DNA of 57,696 nt from the IMG/VR virus record IMGVR_UViG_3300043493_000066, positions 1-57,696 of that record. The stretch is one strand, 5' to 3'. Both the position numbers and the translations under genes were made by a program. Positions 9,850 to 18,000 of this stretch are shown one piece after another. Every line of letters begins with the position of its first letter. Position 1 is the first letter of the stretch. Source of the stretch: a virus. Below the pieces are notes generated by a model. It searched no databases, had not been told where the DNA came from, and was given only the letters and a program-made list of their open reading frames with translations.

Positions 9850-10166
9850 TCTTGATTCCTCATGGTTTCGAGGGCAGCCCCTTCGAGAGTGCGGATTGAG
9901 TCGAAGACTTCGGCGCGCTCGCTTGCCGGTACGCCCACCAGGCGCATTACGGACTGGAGCACCGCGTAATCGAGACCCGTGCGACCAGCCATCGAGGTCC
10001 GCCACTGCGTGCTCATGGCGTTGAACACGCACACCGCCAGCCAGTTATCCGGCCAGACCTCGACTGGCGGTCCCTGCGCTTCCTCGAGCGTCAGCCCGAT
10101 GCGCTTCGCTTCCTCGGCGGTAGGCGGCACCGTATAGAGCGCAGCGCCTACCGCTTTCAGTTTTTT
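9846..10166 (-). CDS. Minus-1 frame extension of the tail assembly chaperone (gpT-like part of the G-T fusion)
   Basis: The -1 frame reads KKLKAVGAALYTVPP...WPDNWLAVCVF..QW..GLDY, which resembles DUF1799/gpT. It has no start codon of its own near the slippery site. Confidence 0.75.
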   Translation of the reverse strand, partial: KKLKAVGAALYTVPPTAEEAKRIGLTLEEAQGPPVEVWPDNWLAVCVFNAMSTQWRTSMAGRTGLDYAVLQSVMRLVGVPASERAEVFDSIRTLEGAALETMRNQE

Positions 10167-10471
10167 ACGCGCGCTCCGAGCAGCTCGTTGACGTAGGTCC
10201 GATACGTCGCGACCGCGGCGCCGCCGTAGATCTCGAGGAACAGCGTCACCGATTCCTTGGTGAACGGATCCTCGAGTTCCCACGCAGTGACCATCTCCAT
10301 GAACGATTCGGCGTCGGCCTTCTCGGAGCGGGACTTGATCCATGCATCCAGCTCCGACTTCGTCCGATGCTTGAACGTCATTTCGACGTCGACGGCAGTG
10401 CCCCCAGCTACCGGTACCGGCACCTTCCACTTGAAGCTGGGGTTCGCTTCTAGCTTGAGCTTGGTGGCCAT
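10157..10471 (-). CDS. Tail assembly chaperone (gpG-like, 104 aa)
   Basis: Lies between the tail tube and tape measure genes. Ends ...CGC GTA AAA AAC TGA, which includes the slippery heptamer. Confidence 0.8.
   Translation of the reverse strand: MATKLKLEANPSFKWKVPVPVAGGTAVDVEMTFKHRTKSELDAWIKSRSEKADAESFMEMVTAWELEDPFTKESVTLFLEIYGGAAVATYRTYVNELLGARVKN
10160..10166 (-). promoter_or_regulatory. Programmed -1 frameshift slippery heptamer A_AAA_AAC (G/GT)
   Basis: Minus strand reads GTA AAA AAC TGA. Slipping by -1 gives AAA AAA CTG AAA GCG, which is the 9846.. frame. Confidence 0.8.
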
Positions 10472-11223
10472 TACGCGGCGTACCGAACCGGCTCAGCGAG
10501 AAGCGACAGCGTCACCTCGACGGCCATGATCTGGTTCACCGTGAGGCTCGGCGTCTTGTTCAGCGAGACGTACGCGTTGTAGAGGATGATCGCGCCGCTC
10601 GGCAGCGTGATCCGCACGGCGCGCGGCAGCCGGTCATCGTTCGCCTCCGACGCCAGGATGTAGCCCTGGAGCGCCGGATCGTCAGCGATCTGGAAGGAGA
10701 GGCCCGCCGGCGACTTGAAGGTCGGGATCCGCTTCGCCGCATCCGCCTCGAGCAGCTGGTACTCGAGGAACTGCTGCTCGCCGCCGCTGGATGCGCTACT
10801 CAGGATCTGCGCGAGCTGCTGCCAGCCCGTGATCTCGCGGATCGTGCCAACACCTTCGCCGGCCGGATAGATGCTGGTCAGCGTCGTGTCGATGCCCTCG
10901 AGCGGTACGTCGTTCGTCGCGACCGTCCCGGCGCGCACGACCTTGTCGGTGAGACGCGACCATCCAGAGGTCACTTCGATGAACTCCCCGGTCGCGACTC
11001 CGTGCGCGGCTTCCAGAGTGGCGACGCCTGGGTCGGCGTTGGAGAGTGCCGTAATGTCCTTCGGAGAGCCGTAGCCAGATGCCAGCGCGACGAGCGAGCC
11101 GTTCGGCAGGCTGATCAGGTTGAGCATGAGGCCGACGCGCGACATGTACGCGACCAGCTGATCGTGGGCCATCTCCGCAACGAAGCGGAGGTACTGCTTG
11201 ATGCGCAGACAGAACGATTTCAT
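10471..11223 (-). CDS. Major tail tube protein (250 aa)
   Basis: Position is upstream of the chaperone. AAGGAG lies 8 nt before ATG 11223. The call rests on position and size. Confidence 0.65.
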   Translation of the reverse strand: MKSFCLRIKQYLRFVAEMAHDQLVAYMSRVGLMLNLISLPNGSLVALASGYGSPKDITALSNADPGVATLEAAHGVATGEFIEVTSGWSRLTDKVVRAGTVATNDVPLEGIDTTLTSIYPAGEGVGTIREITGWQQLAQILSSASSGGEQQFLEYQLLEADAAKRIPTFKSPAGLSFQIADDPALQGYILASEANDDRLPRAVRITLPSGAIILYNAYVSLNKTPSLTVNQIMAVEVTLSLLAEPVRYAA

Positions 11224-11253
11224 TTGCGAGACTCCTTCGTGGATGGGACAGGC

Positions 11254-11278
11254 ACAAAAAAGCCACCCGGAGGTGGCT
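11254..11278 (-). terminator. Rho-independent terminator-like hairpin (AGCCACC-tccg-GGTGGCT + T6)
   Basis: Minus strand reads agccacctccgggtggcttttttgt, between the DUF3168 gene and the tail tube gene. Confidence 0.6.
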
Positions 11279-11312
11279 GGGACTTTTGCCCCGCGAGGGG
11301 CGAACTGCTACT

Positions 11313-11666
11313 TCAACCGACGAACGAAAAATCCTGACGCGAGCCGTAGAGACCTGTTTCCTCGTCGTGCTGCGACACTGGCTCGCCTTCGACTGTTGTT
11401 TGAAGCGCGGTGACTGCGCGCAGGGCAGTTTCAGCCTGCTTCGACAGCGCCTTCGCCTTGATGCGGGTCTCTTCCCACACCGTGATCTGGAACCGCGGCA
11501 GTCCCTTGTCGGGCTGTGTGCCGTCGAGGAAATTGATCCCCGGCCCGCCGACCTGCTGGAAGGTGATGTACGGCGGCTTCGTTCCCACCGGCGCGTTGTC
11601 CGGATACACGCTGCTCTCCGCGACGAGCGTCTTCAGCGTGTCGAAGATCGACGACTCGATCGTCAC
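11313..11666 (-). CDS. Tail completion protein (DUF3168-like, 117 aa)
   Basis: Motif VYPDNAP..KPPYITFQQVGG, and position between the gp10-like gene and the tail tube gene. Confidence 0.65.
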   Translation of the reverse strand: MTIESSIFDTLKTLVAESSVYPDNAPVGTKPPYITFQQVGGPGINFLDGTQPDKGLPRFQITVWEETRIKAKALSKQAETALRAVTALQTTVEGEPVSQHDEETGLYGSRQDFSFVG

Positions 11667-12055
11667 GTTCTGAGGGTGTTCAGCTTCTCGGACATTCGTG
11701 CCAGGCCGTTGGCGACCGCCTCGTGGATCTTCCCGAAGGCCGGCCGCAGGAACGGATACGCCGGCGCGTTCGCTGTGCCGAACTCGATCAGGTGGCCGTG
11801 CGGCGCCTCCTTCCTGTTCCAGCTCACGCGGTACATCTTCGACGCGTCGTCCGAGCGCTCCGGCGAATAGACCCGGTAGATCGCCCTCTGGAGCAGGCCT
11901 GTCTTCTTATGCTTCTCGGCCTGCAGCCGCGCCTCGTCGTAGATCACGACGGCCATGCCGGCAGCGCCGACGCGCAGGACCTGCTGCTTGATCGCAGCTT
12001 CGTACTTGTCCAGCCCGGACAGGTCGCTGCTCAGCTTGGATCCGAACTCGATCAC
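11663..12055 (-). CDS. HK97 gp10-like head-tail joining protein (130 aa)
   Basis: GTG 12055 overlaps the upstream stop (GTGA). Motif GHLIEFGT..APAYPFLRPAF. The upstream extension in the track is R-rich. Confidence 0.7.
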   Translation of the reverse strand: MIEFGSKLSSDLSGLDKYEAAIKQQVLRVGAAGMAVVIYDEARLQAEKHKKTGLLQRAIYRVYSPERSDDASKMYRVSWNRKEAPHGHLIEFGTANAPAYPFLRPAFGKIHEAVANGLARMSEKLNTLRT

Positions 12056-12384
12056 GCGAGCCTCTTGCACATCAGCAGCAGCGGGCGGTGATCCTGGCCG
12101 AGCACGGCTTCGATGTTGTACGTCGCACCGTCGTGCACAACGCGCATCGCTGCCCGAACGCCTGGCCGGTAGTCGATGCCGATCCGCGTCAGCGCGGAAT
12201 TCTGGGTGGCGCCAGCCGCGACGTACTCCCGACCAGATACGTCCTCGATCCCAGCCCAGACGGTGGCGAAGTGGGTCCACCCCGGAACGAGCCCACCGAT
12301 CGCATCACGCGAGCTCGAGGGCGCCTCGATGCGGATCCGCTTGTCGCGGAGCTCGTACGCTGGCAGCTGCCTGGCCGCGATCAC
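12052..12384 (-). CDS. Head closure / head-tail adaptor protein (110 aa)
   Basis: Pattern LRDKRIRIE...G....W....VWA.IE..SG.E...I.YR.G......V..G..Y.I, as in the SPP1 gp16 / HK97 gp9-like family. Confidence 0.75.
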   Translation of the reverse strand: MIAARQLPAYELRDKRIRIEAPSSSRDAIGGLVPGWTHFATVWAGIEDVSGREYVAAGATQNSALTRIGIDYRPGVRAAMRVVHDGATYNIEAVLGQDHRPLLLMCKRLA

Positions 12385-13310
12385 ACGATGGCCCGGCGGC
12401 GATACGTGTCGAGCAGGCGATCGACGAACGGCAGCGCGATCGCGTTGCCCGCCATCAGCCCCTCAGGAGAGCGGTAGGCGGCCGCCACCTGGGCGCAGAT
12501 CCAGGTCCTGATCTCCGCCGGCACGCTCGAGCCGCCGGCGCCGTACCCGGCCGCAAAGCGGACGACGACCGCGCCCTCGACGCGCCTGGTCGACGGCCAG
12601 CTCTTCTCGAACGCCGGCCGCAGCCAGGCCGAGAGCAGCCGCTCCGGCTCGAGCACGTAGTCCGCGGAGTCCATCGTCTGCAGATCTCCGTCCTCGTCGA
12701 CGTACTTCACCGAGGTGATCGACGGCACCGGGAGCATGTCGATCTCGATCTCGCGGCAGAACGCGTCGAGCACGAGCTCCCAGGTCTGCGTGATCAGCGC
12801 CCGCCCGGTATCGCGCTCGGCGATGCGGCGGGCCGCGGTGATCAGCATCGCGAGCAGCGGGTCGCCCGCGGTGTTCGCGCTCGGCGCGCCGGCGCCGAGG
12901 CCCGAGTCCGCGACGTTGTCGGTGTAGACCGTCGTCGTGTTGTCGGCCAGCGTCGCGAGCAGTAGGAAGGTCGCGCCGCCGGCGGTCGTGCGATAGAGCT
13001 TCCGGCCGGTCACCAGCGCGCCGCCGATCGGGATCCCGGTGAGCTCGACCTTGCCGTTCACCGACTTGTTTGCCACGTTGACAGCGGCCGACACTGTGCC
13101 GGCTTGCGTCTCGCCGGCGGCCGTCGTGAAGGTGGCCAAGTACCGGTGCAGGCCGTTGTCCACGTTGCCGGCGATCGCGGGCGCGGCGAGCGCGGCCGTG
13201 AAGACGCCCGGCGCCGGCTCCTGGTTGCTCGAGTCGATCTTCGACCATGCCATGACCTCGGCCACGGTCACCGGTTCGGCAGCCGGTTCGGTGATGATCC
13301 TCAGCGTCAT
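12381..13310 (-). CDS. gp6-like head-tail connector protein with ~120-aa insertion (309 aa)
   Basis: N-terminus EPVTVAEVMAWSKID and the C-terminal part resemble the QLRG/gp6 connector family. The middle segment is extra. Confidence 0.65.
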   Translation of the reverse strand: MTLRIITEPAAEPVTVAEVMAWSKIDSSNQEPAPGVFTAALAAPAIAGNVDNGLHRYLATFTTAAGETQAGTVSAAVNVANKSVNGKVELTGIPIGGALVTGRKLYRTTAGGATFLLLATLADNTTTVYTDNVADSGLGAGAPSANTAGDPLLAMLITAARRIAERDTGRALITQTWELVLDAFCREIEIDMLPVPSITSVKYVDEDGDLQTMDSADYVLEPERLLSAWLRPAFEKSWPSTRRVEGAVVVRFAAGYGAGGSSVPAEIRTWICAQVAAAYRSPEGLMAGNAIALPFVDRLLDTYRRRAIV

Positions 13311-13906
13311 CAGGTCCTCTCGAACGCGAGCCAGGTGTTTGCGACGTGCACGATCGGCGCACCGCAGGCCGCGAGCTCGTCGAGCGTCTCGGAGACCTCG
13401 ACGGCCGCGAGGCCGTTGTCGTCGTGGAAGATGATGATCCCGCCCTTGCGCACGACCACTTTCGCCAGGTCGTAGTCGTTCAGCACGCCGGCGCGCGAGT
13501 GATCGGCGTCGATGAACGCGACGTCCGCGAGCGGCAGGTCATCGGGCGCCAGGTCGAACGCACCGCGCGGCCGCACGATCAGCTGGAAGCGCGGATCCGG
13601 CTTGGCGTACTTGCCGGGCTCCGCCGGCACTTCCTTCCTCTGGCACTCCCTGATCGTCACGTAGCCTGGCAGCACGTCGATTCCGACGTAGCGCTCGATC
13701 GACGGCACGTTGAGCAGCAGAGTCGCGGCCGCCCGGCCCTCGTTGCAGCCGAACTCGATCACCGTGCGCGGGTCGACGCTCGAGACCAGCGCGACCAGGC
13801 GATCGAGCTCGCCCGGGTTGAAGAACCGCGGCGGGAACTCCGGCAGCCTCGCAGCCGGCGCGTCCATCCTGATCGTCTGCCTGCTCGTTTTCGGTTGCGC
13901 TAGCAC
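13310..13906 (-). CDS. Class I SAM-dependent methyltransferase (CmcI/O-MT-like, 198 aa)
   Basis: Motif I VIEFGCNEGRAA, plus VAFIDADHS and GGIIIFHDD. GTG 13906 is preceded by AAGGGA. Confidence 0.7.
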   Translation of the reverse strand: MLAQPKTSRQTIRMDAPAARLPEFPPRFFNPGELDRLVALVSSVDPRTVIEFGCNEGRAAATLLLNVPSIERYVGIDVLPGYVTIRECQRKEVPAEPGKYAKPDPRFQLIVRPRGAFDLAPDDLPLADVAFIDADHSRAGVLNDYDLAKVVVRKGGIIIFHDDNGLAAVEVSETLDELAACGAPIVHVANTWLAFERT

Positions 13907-14856
13907 AGCATCCCTTTCACGGCTCCAATGACCCCCGCTTCATCCGGATAGGTCGGTCTCGAAAATGTTGGCTCCCACTCGGCCAGATCTGTGAACCGCA
14001 CGCTGGCCAGGCCGAACGGCTCGCAGGTCATCGCCCGCGAATCGATCGCCGCGATCGCGACGGCCGCGCCCACGCTCGCCGCGGGAATGGCCGCATGCAC
14101 TCGCAGCGTGAAAACCCGGCCGGCCCTGGCGAAGACTCTGAGCAGCGACGCCGGATCCGTGATGAGCTCAGGCGCGAACCCGTTTAAACGAGCCCAGTCG
14201 TAGTCGCCCCACGTCGGCGCGATCACGCGCAGCCGCCCCGCCATCCTTTCCGCGACGCGGTGCAGCGCGCCGGCGAACCACTCGTGTTCGCTTCGATGAA
14301 CGAGCAGCACGTCCCAGTCCGCTGTGCCGGCCGTCACGCAGTACTCCGGCGCCGCCCACCAGCTCGAGCACGGAAGCAGGATGGAGCTCACGCCCGCCTC
14401 TTCGTAGATCCGCTGCATCGTGCGATCGCGCGCGATGTGATGCGGGAACGACTTCGCCATCCTCAGATAGCGCCGGCGAAACGGCTCCGCCGCGATCGCC
14501 TCCGCCATCTCGTCAATGCTCGGCCACGGGTCGGCGTACGGATACGAAGATCCCGCCCACCCGTCGATCACCCGGACGCCTGCCGCGTGCAGGTTAAGCA
14601 GCCGCAACCAGATCCGGTTCTCCCAGAACTCGTCGCCCTTCGACATCGAGAAGCGAGGGTTGCCGCACAGCACGACGCGATCGCACGCGGCCGCGGCACG
14701 CCAGTCGTCCGGCCGGTCCTGCAGCATGGCGATGTTCACGAAGACCGCCTCGGGAACCGCGGCGCGCACCAGCCAGCGGATCCCCGCGGTGATCAGATGC
14801 CATCCAGGATTGCCCGTGCTACTTATTTCGACCGGCGTGATCAGGCCGACGCGCAC
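13900..14856 (-). CDS. Polysaccharide pyruvyl-transferase-like / glycosyltransferase-like protein (318 aa)
   Basis: GTG 14856 follows GAGGAGG. Has STGNPGWHLITAG near the N-terminus and VFTLRVHAAIPAASVGAAV near the C-terminus (PS_pyruv_trans-like). The upstream part of the track ORF is R-rich. Confidence 0.5.
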   Translation of the reverse strand: MRVGLITPVEISSTGNPGWHLITAGIRWLVRAAVPEAVFVNIAMLQDRPDDWRAAAACDRVVLCGNPRFSMSKGDEFWENRIWLRLLNLHAAGVRVIDGWAGSSYPYADPWPSIDEMAEAIAAEPFRRRYLRMAKSFPHHIARDRTMQRIYEEAGVSSILLPCSSWWAAPEYCVTAGTADWDVLLVHRSEHEWFAGALHRVAERMAGRLRVIAPTWGDYDWARLNGFAPELITDPASLLRVFARAGRVFTLRVHAAIPAASVGAAVAIAAIDSRAMTCEPFGLASVRFTDLAEWEPTFSRPTYPDEAGVIGAVKGMLC

Positions 14857-16408
14857 AAGCCTCCTCGATGAACGATTGAGCCCGCGCAATCGCGTGCGGC
14901 ATGTCGATCCGCTTGTCGCACGCGTGCGTGTGGCTCCAGCACGGGCACGGGCTGATCGGCTCGATCGGCAGCCACGGCGTGACCCGCGCGCCGGCGGAGA
15001 ACGACTTCGCATCCTCGTACCCGCCGAAGACCGTGATCGCCGGCGTGCCCACGGCCTGCGCCAGCAGGACCGCGAAGCCAGGCGCCGAGAACGCGAGCGC
15101 CGCTCGATCGAAGAGCCCGGTCAGCACCTCGAAGTCGAGCTCGCCGGCGTGATACTCGACGTCCGCCTCGAGCTGCGGCCCGACCGTCCATTCGACATCC
15201 GGCACCAGGTCAGCCACCGACACCAGGAAGAACCGGTCGCGGATCGCCTGCAGGATCTCGACGTACGCGTCTGGATCCGGGTTCCTGGTCGTCGCCCCGC
15301 CCCACTCCTTGCGCGCAACGAGCGGCCTGTAGACCAGGATCTGGCGCTTCGTACGGAAGAGCGCATCCGCCTTCTTGCGCCAGGCCTTCGGCACGGGCAT
15401 CCGGAAGTCGCCCACCGGCACACCGCACACCTCGGACATCGCGCCAAGCACCGAGCCGGTCGCCTTCACGCGCATCGGCGAGTAGCTCGGCCTGATCTCC
15501 GGCGTGCCCGCCGGCGCCTTGCCGCCGCGGTACAGCTCGGCCGATCGCGCCTCATTCTTCGCCTGCGTTCGCAGGTTCGACAACACGGGCAGCAGGTGCA
15601 GCTGCGGCATGTCGTGGTAGATCTGCGGCCAGGGCGTCTTCAGCCACACCTCGTGCCGGCGCATGAGCTCGCGCACGACCGAGCGCTGGTGCAGGTTGTC
15701 ACCCATGCCGGACATGCCGTGCAGCACCAGCGGCGCCTTGGCGGGTTTCAGCGCCCGCTCGAGCGGCAGCTGCTCGAAGCAGGTGATCGCCGTGCGGCGC
15801 GTCGCATTGACGACCTGCACGCCATTCGCGCGCAGATCCGCCCCGAGCTGCACCATCAGCCGCGTCCATTCCGGCAGCGTCCCGAGGTTCGGCAGCCCGC
15901 CCTCGTGATCGCCGTGGAAGTGGCTCTCGTTCTTCGGGCCGCGCTGCATGTCGTACCCGAGCAGGATGTCGCGCGCGCAGCCCCAGTGATACACCAGGCC
16001 GAGCGCCATGTAGCCGCTGTTCTTGCCGAAGTGCACGCGCCCTGGCTTCGTGCAAAGGCCGACACCATCGACTACGACTTCAACGAATTTCAGCTTCGCG
16101 CGAACGCGGGCAGATACGGGGCCCCATTGCGCGCCGAGCGCGCCGCCGATGTCAGCGGCCGCCCACAATTCGCCGGCGAACGTGTCGAGCGCCTCGTCGC
16201 CATAAACCGCCCACCAATGCGGATCAGCGGCGAAGAGCACATCAGCCCACAGCGCCTTCCTGAACGTCGTGCCTACGACGACTACGTGACGGTCTTGCGG
16301 CGCCTCGAGGGCCCACGCTCTGACGAGCTCGACGTCGCGGTCGGTGAGGCTTGGGCCACTTGCGATGCAGACGACAGTCGACCCAGCCCATCGTCCGGTG
16401 CTTTTCCC
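14819..16408 (-). CDS. Body (frame B) of a Maf/DUF115-like + GT9 heptosyltransferase-like fusion transferase, reached by -1 shift from 16599..16402
   Basis: VVCIASGPSL...VVVVGTTF...ADPHWW resembles the Maf/CstII type. LVLHGMSGMGDNL...AVLLAQAVGTPAITVFGG resembles GT9. Frame B has no plausible start, and GC3 is low upstream of the heptamer. Confidence 0.6.
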   Translation of the reverse strand, partial: GKSTGRWAGSTVVCIASGPSLTDRDVELVRAWALEAPQDRHVVVVGTTFRKALWADVLFAADPHWWAVYGDEALDTFAGELWAAADIGGALGAQWGPVSARVRAKLKFVEVVVDGVGLCTKPGRVHFGKNSGYMALGLVYHWGCARDILLGYDMQRGPKNESHFHGDHEGGLPNLGTLPEWTRLMVQLGADLRANGVQVVNATRRTAITCFEQLPLERALKPAKAPLVLHGMSGMGDNLHQRSVVRELMRRHEVWLKTPWPQIYHDMPQLHLLPVLSNLRTQAKNEARSAELYRGGKAPAGTPEIRPSYSPMRVKATGSVLGAMSEVCGVPVGDFRMPVPKAWRKKADALFRTKRQILVYRPLVARKEWGGATTRNPDPDAYVEILQAIRDRFFLVSVADLVPDVEWTVGPQLEADVEYHAGELDFEVLTGLFDRAALAFSAPGFAVLLAQAVGTPAITVFGGYEDAKSFSAGARVTPWLPIEPISPCPCWSHTHACDKRIDMPHAIARAQSFIEEACARRPDHAGRNK

Positions 16409-16599
16409 GCTTCTCCCACGATGGCCGCAGCTCCGGCCACGCGCAACACCTGGTCGACCCGGCGATTCACGACCCGGACCAGGCCCCGCTTCTCCAAGTC
16501 CGCCGCCGTCCTCTCGTCGATCATGACCGCGCGCCCCTGATGGGCGTCGATGCGATCGTGCAGGAAGCTCGTCAGCGGTACGCACTCAACTTGCATGAA
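16282..16599 (-). CDS. Frame A upstream ORF (105 aa if not shifted); its first 66 codons form the N-terminus of the fusion
   Basis: ATG 16599 follows GGAG. GC3 is high and composition natural up to the GGGAAAA site, and poorer after it. Confidence 0.55.
   Translation of the reverse strand, partial: FMQVECVPLTSFLHDRIDAHQGRAVMIDERTAADLEKRGLVRVVNRRVDQVLRVAGAAAIVGEAGKAPDDGLGRLSSASQVAQASPTATSSSSERGPSRRRKTVT
16402..16408 (-). promoter_or_regulatory. Candidate -1 frameshift heptamer G_GGA_AAA joining frames A and B
   Basis: Minus strand reads GCG GGA AAA GCA (frame A) and GGG AAA AGC ACC (frame B). Phasing was checked against both ORF coordinates. Confidence 0.5.
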
Positions 16600-16630
16600 T
16601 CGGCGCTCCAGTGATCGTTTAAACGCAGAG

Positions 16631-16660
16631 GCCCGGACGGTCAGCAACAACCGCCCGGGC
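16631..16660 (-). terminator. 10-bp stem-loop just downstream of the major capsid gene
   Basis: Minus strand reads GCCCGGGCGG-ttgttgctga-CCGTCCGGGC (one G:U pair). The following U-tract is weak, so it could be an attenuator or stabiliser rather than a full terminator. Confidence 0.45.
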
Positions 16661-16674
16661 TCCCGTCATGCGCT

Positions 16675-18000
16675 TTACGTCCACGGCAGGTTCGCGTTCT
16701 TGATGAACGCCTCCGGCCGATACACCGCCAGCGCGAGCCGCTCTTCCGCGCGGATCGTGATCATGTTGCGAACGAAGTCGTCCTCGTTCTGCGTCGCGAT
16801 CACGATGTTGACTTCCTCGCGGTCAAACAGCTGAGCGCCCATGCGGAACGCACCGACCAGGGCCGTATCGACGGTCATCGATTGCGTCGCCACGACCGGG
16901 CGGCCCCAGAGAGCGGGCTGAGCCAGGTTCTGCGGGTTCGCAAAGATGTACGCGCCGGTGTTGTCCTTCGTGAGCTCGATCGCCGCCCAGTCAGACGGGT
17001 GCAGCACGATTCCCGTCGACGGATACTGGGCGAGCTCCGCCTGCAGCAGCATCAGGCGCAGCGTGTCGATCTTCGTCGGCGACGGCACGGCGATCGGCGC
17101 GGAGTACGCCGTGGCCTGGGTGTAGATGCCGTTCAGGTTGTTGCCCGACCCCGAGCCCTTCAGCAGCTGCCCTTCCTCGATCAGCTTCACGCCGTAGCGC
17201 AGGCGGCCGTCGATGTTGGACTGCAGCTGGAGGAAGTCATCGAGGATCTGCTTCGACGCCTTGATGAAGTGCGCGATCGTCGAAACCGGCGACTGGACCC
17301 ATTCGTAGGTCAGCGACGATTCCGGCTTGCGCGCCGTGGCTTCCGACACTGGTGCCGCGTTGTTCGTGAAGCCCGTCTCACGAACGTACGAGATCATGTT
17401 CGAGGACGTGCGCCCCGGCATGATCAGGTCGCGTACCGTCAGGCGCTGCTGCGTGCCCGGGACCGGGGCTTGCTCATCCGGCCGGACGCCGACGGTAGTC
17501 GTGTCCGTGGTCGGCGTGCTGGTGAGCTCGGCCTTGAGCGTGTAGAGGAAGCCCGATTGCACCGAGCGCATCCCGCCTGCCTCGAGCCAGGCCTTGTACT
17601 CCGGCGACTCGACCATGCGCGCGCCGATGCTCTTGACGATTTGCTTCTCATCATCGGTGCGTTTGGCCAGTTTCCGCTCGGTCTCCTGCAGACGCGCCTG
17701 CAGCTCGCCCTGCTTGACGAGGATCTCGTCGACCTTCGGCTTCAGTTCCGCCGACATGTCGCCGGTCTTCTTCGCCTCGGCGAGCGCGCGTTCGCCCATC
17801 GCCTTCACTTCGCCGCTGATCTTCTCGAGCGCCTTCTTCGTCTCCTCGGCGATCTGCTTCAGATCCGGCGCGGTGTCGAGCATGATGCCGGCGACGGCGA
17901 CCGAGGGATCCAGAATGCCGAACGCGAGTGCGACGGCGAGCAATGCGGCGACGATCAGCCGCACACGATTTTCCTGCCACGACTGCCTGAAATAGTTCAT
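16675..18000 (-). CDS. Major capsid protein, HK97 family (441 aa)
   Basis: N-terminal coiled-coil delta-like region followed by an HK97-fold-like body (..ISYVRETGFTNNAAPV..KPES...TIAHFIKASKQILDD..). ATGA overlap with the protease stop. Confidence 0.9.
   Translation of the reverse strand: MNYFRQSWQENRVRLIVAALLAVALAFGILDPSVAVAGIMLDTAPDLKQIAEETKKALEKISGEVKAMGERALAEAKKTGDMSAELKPKVDEILVKQGELQARLQETERKLAKRTDDEKQIVKSIGARMVESPEYKAWLEAGGMRSVQSGFLYTLKAELTSTPTTDTTTVGVRPDEQAPVPGTQQRLTVRDLIMPGRTSSNMISYVRETGFTNNAAPVSEATARKPESSLTYEWVQSPVSTIAHFIKASKQILDDFLQLQSNIDGRLRYGVKLIEEGQLLKGSGSGNNLNGIYTQATAYSAPIAVPSPTKIDTLRLMLLQAELAQYPSTGIVLHPSDWAAIELTKDNTGAYIFANPQNLAQPALWGRPVVATQSMTVDTALVGAFRMGAQLFDREEVNIVIATQNEDDFVRNMITIRAEERLALAVYRPEAFIKNANLPWT

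Noticed and set aside
7354-10032. Long N-terminal extensions of track ORFs. Examples are tape measure from 10032, tail fibre from 3131, the multi-HTH protein from 32874, and DUF6527-like genes from 25288, 25019 and 24487.
   Set aside because: The extensions are R/G/P-rich and overlap the preceding gene extensively. Internal ATG/GTG starts sit exactly on 4-nt overlaps with the upstream stop.
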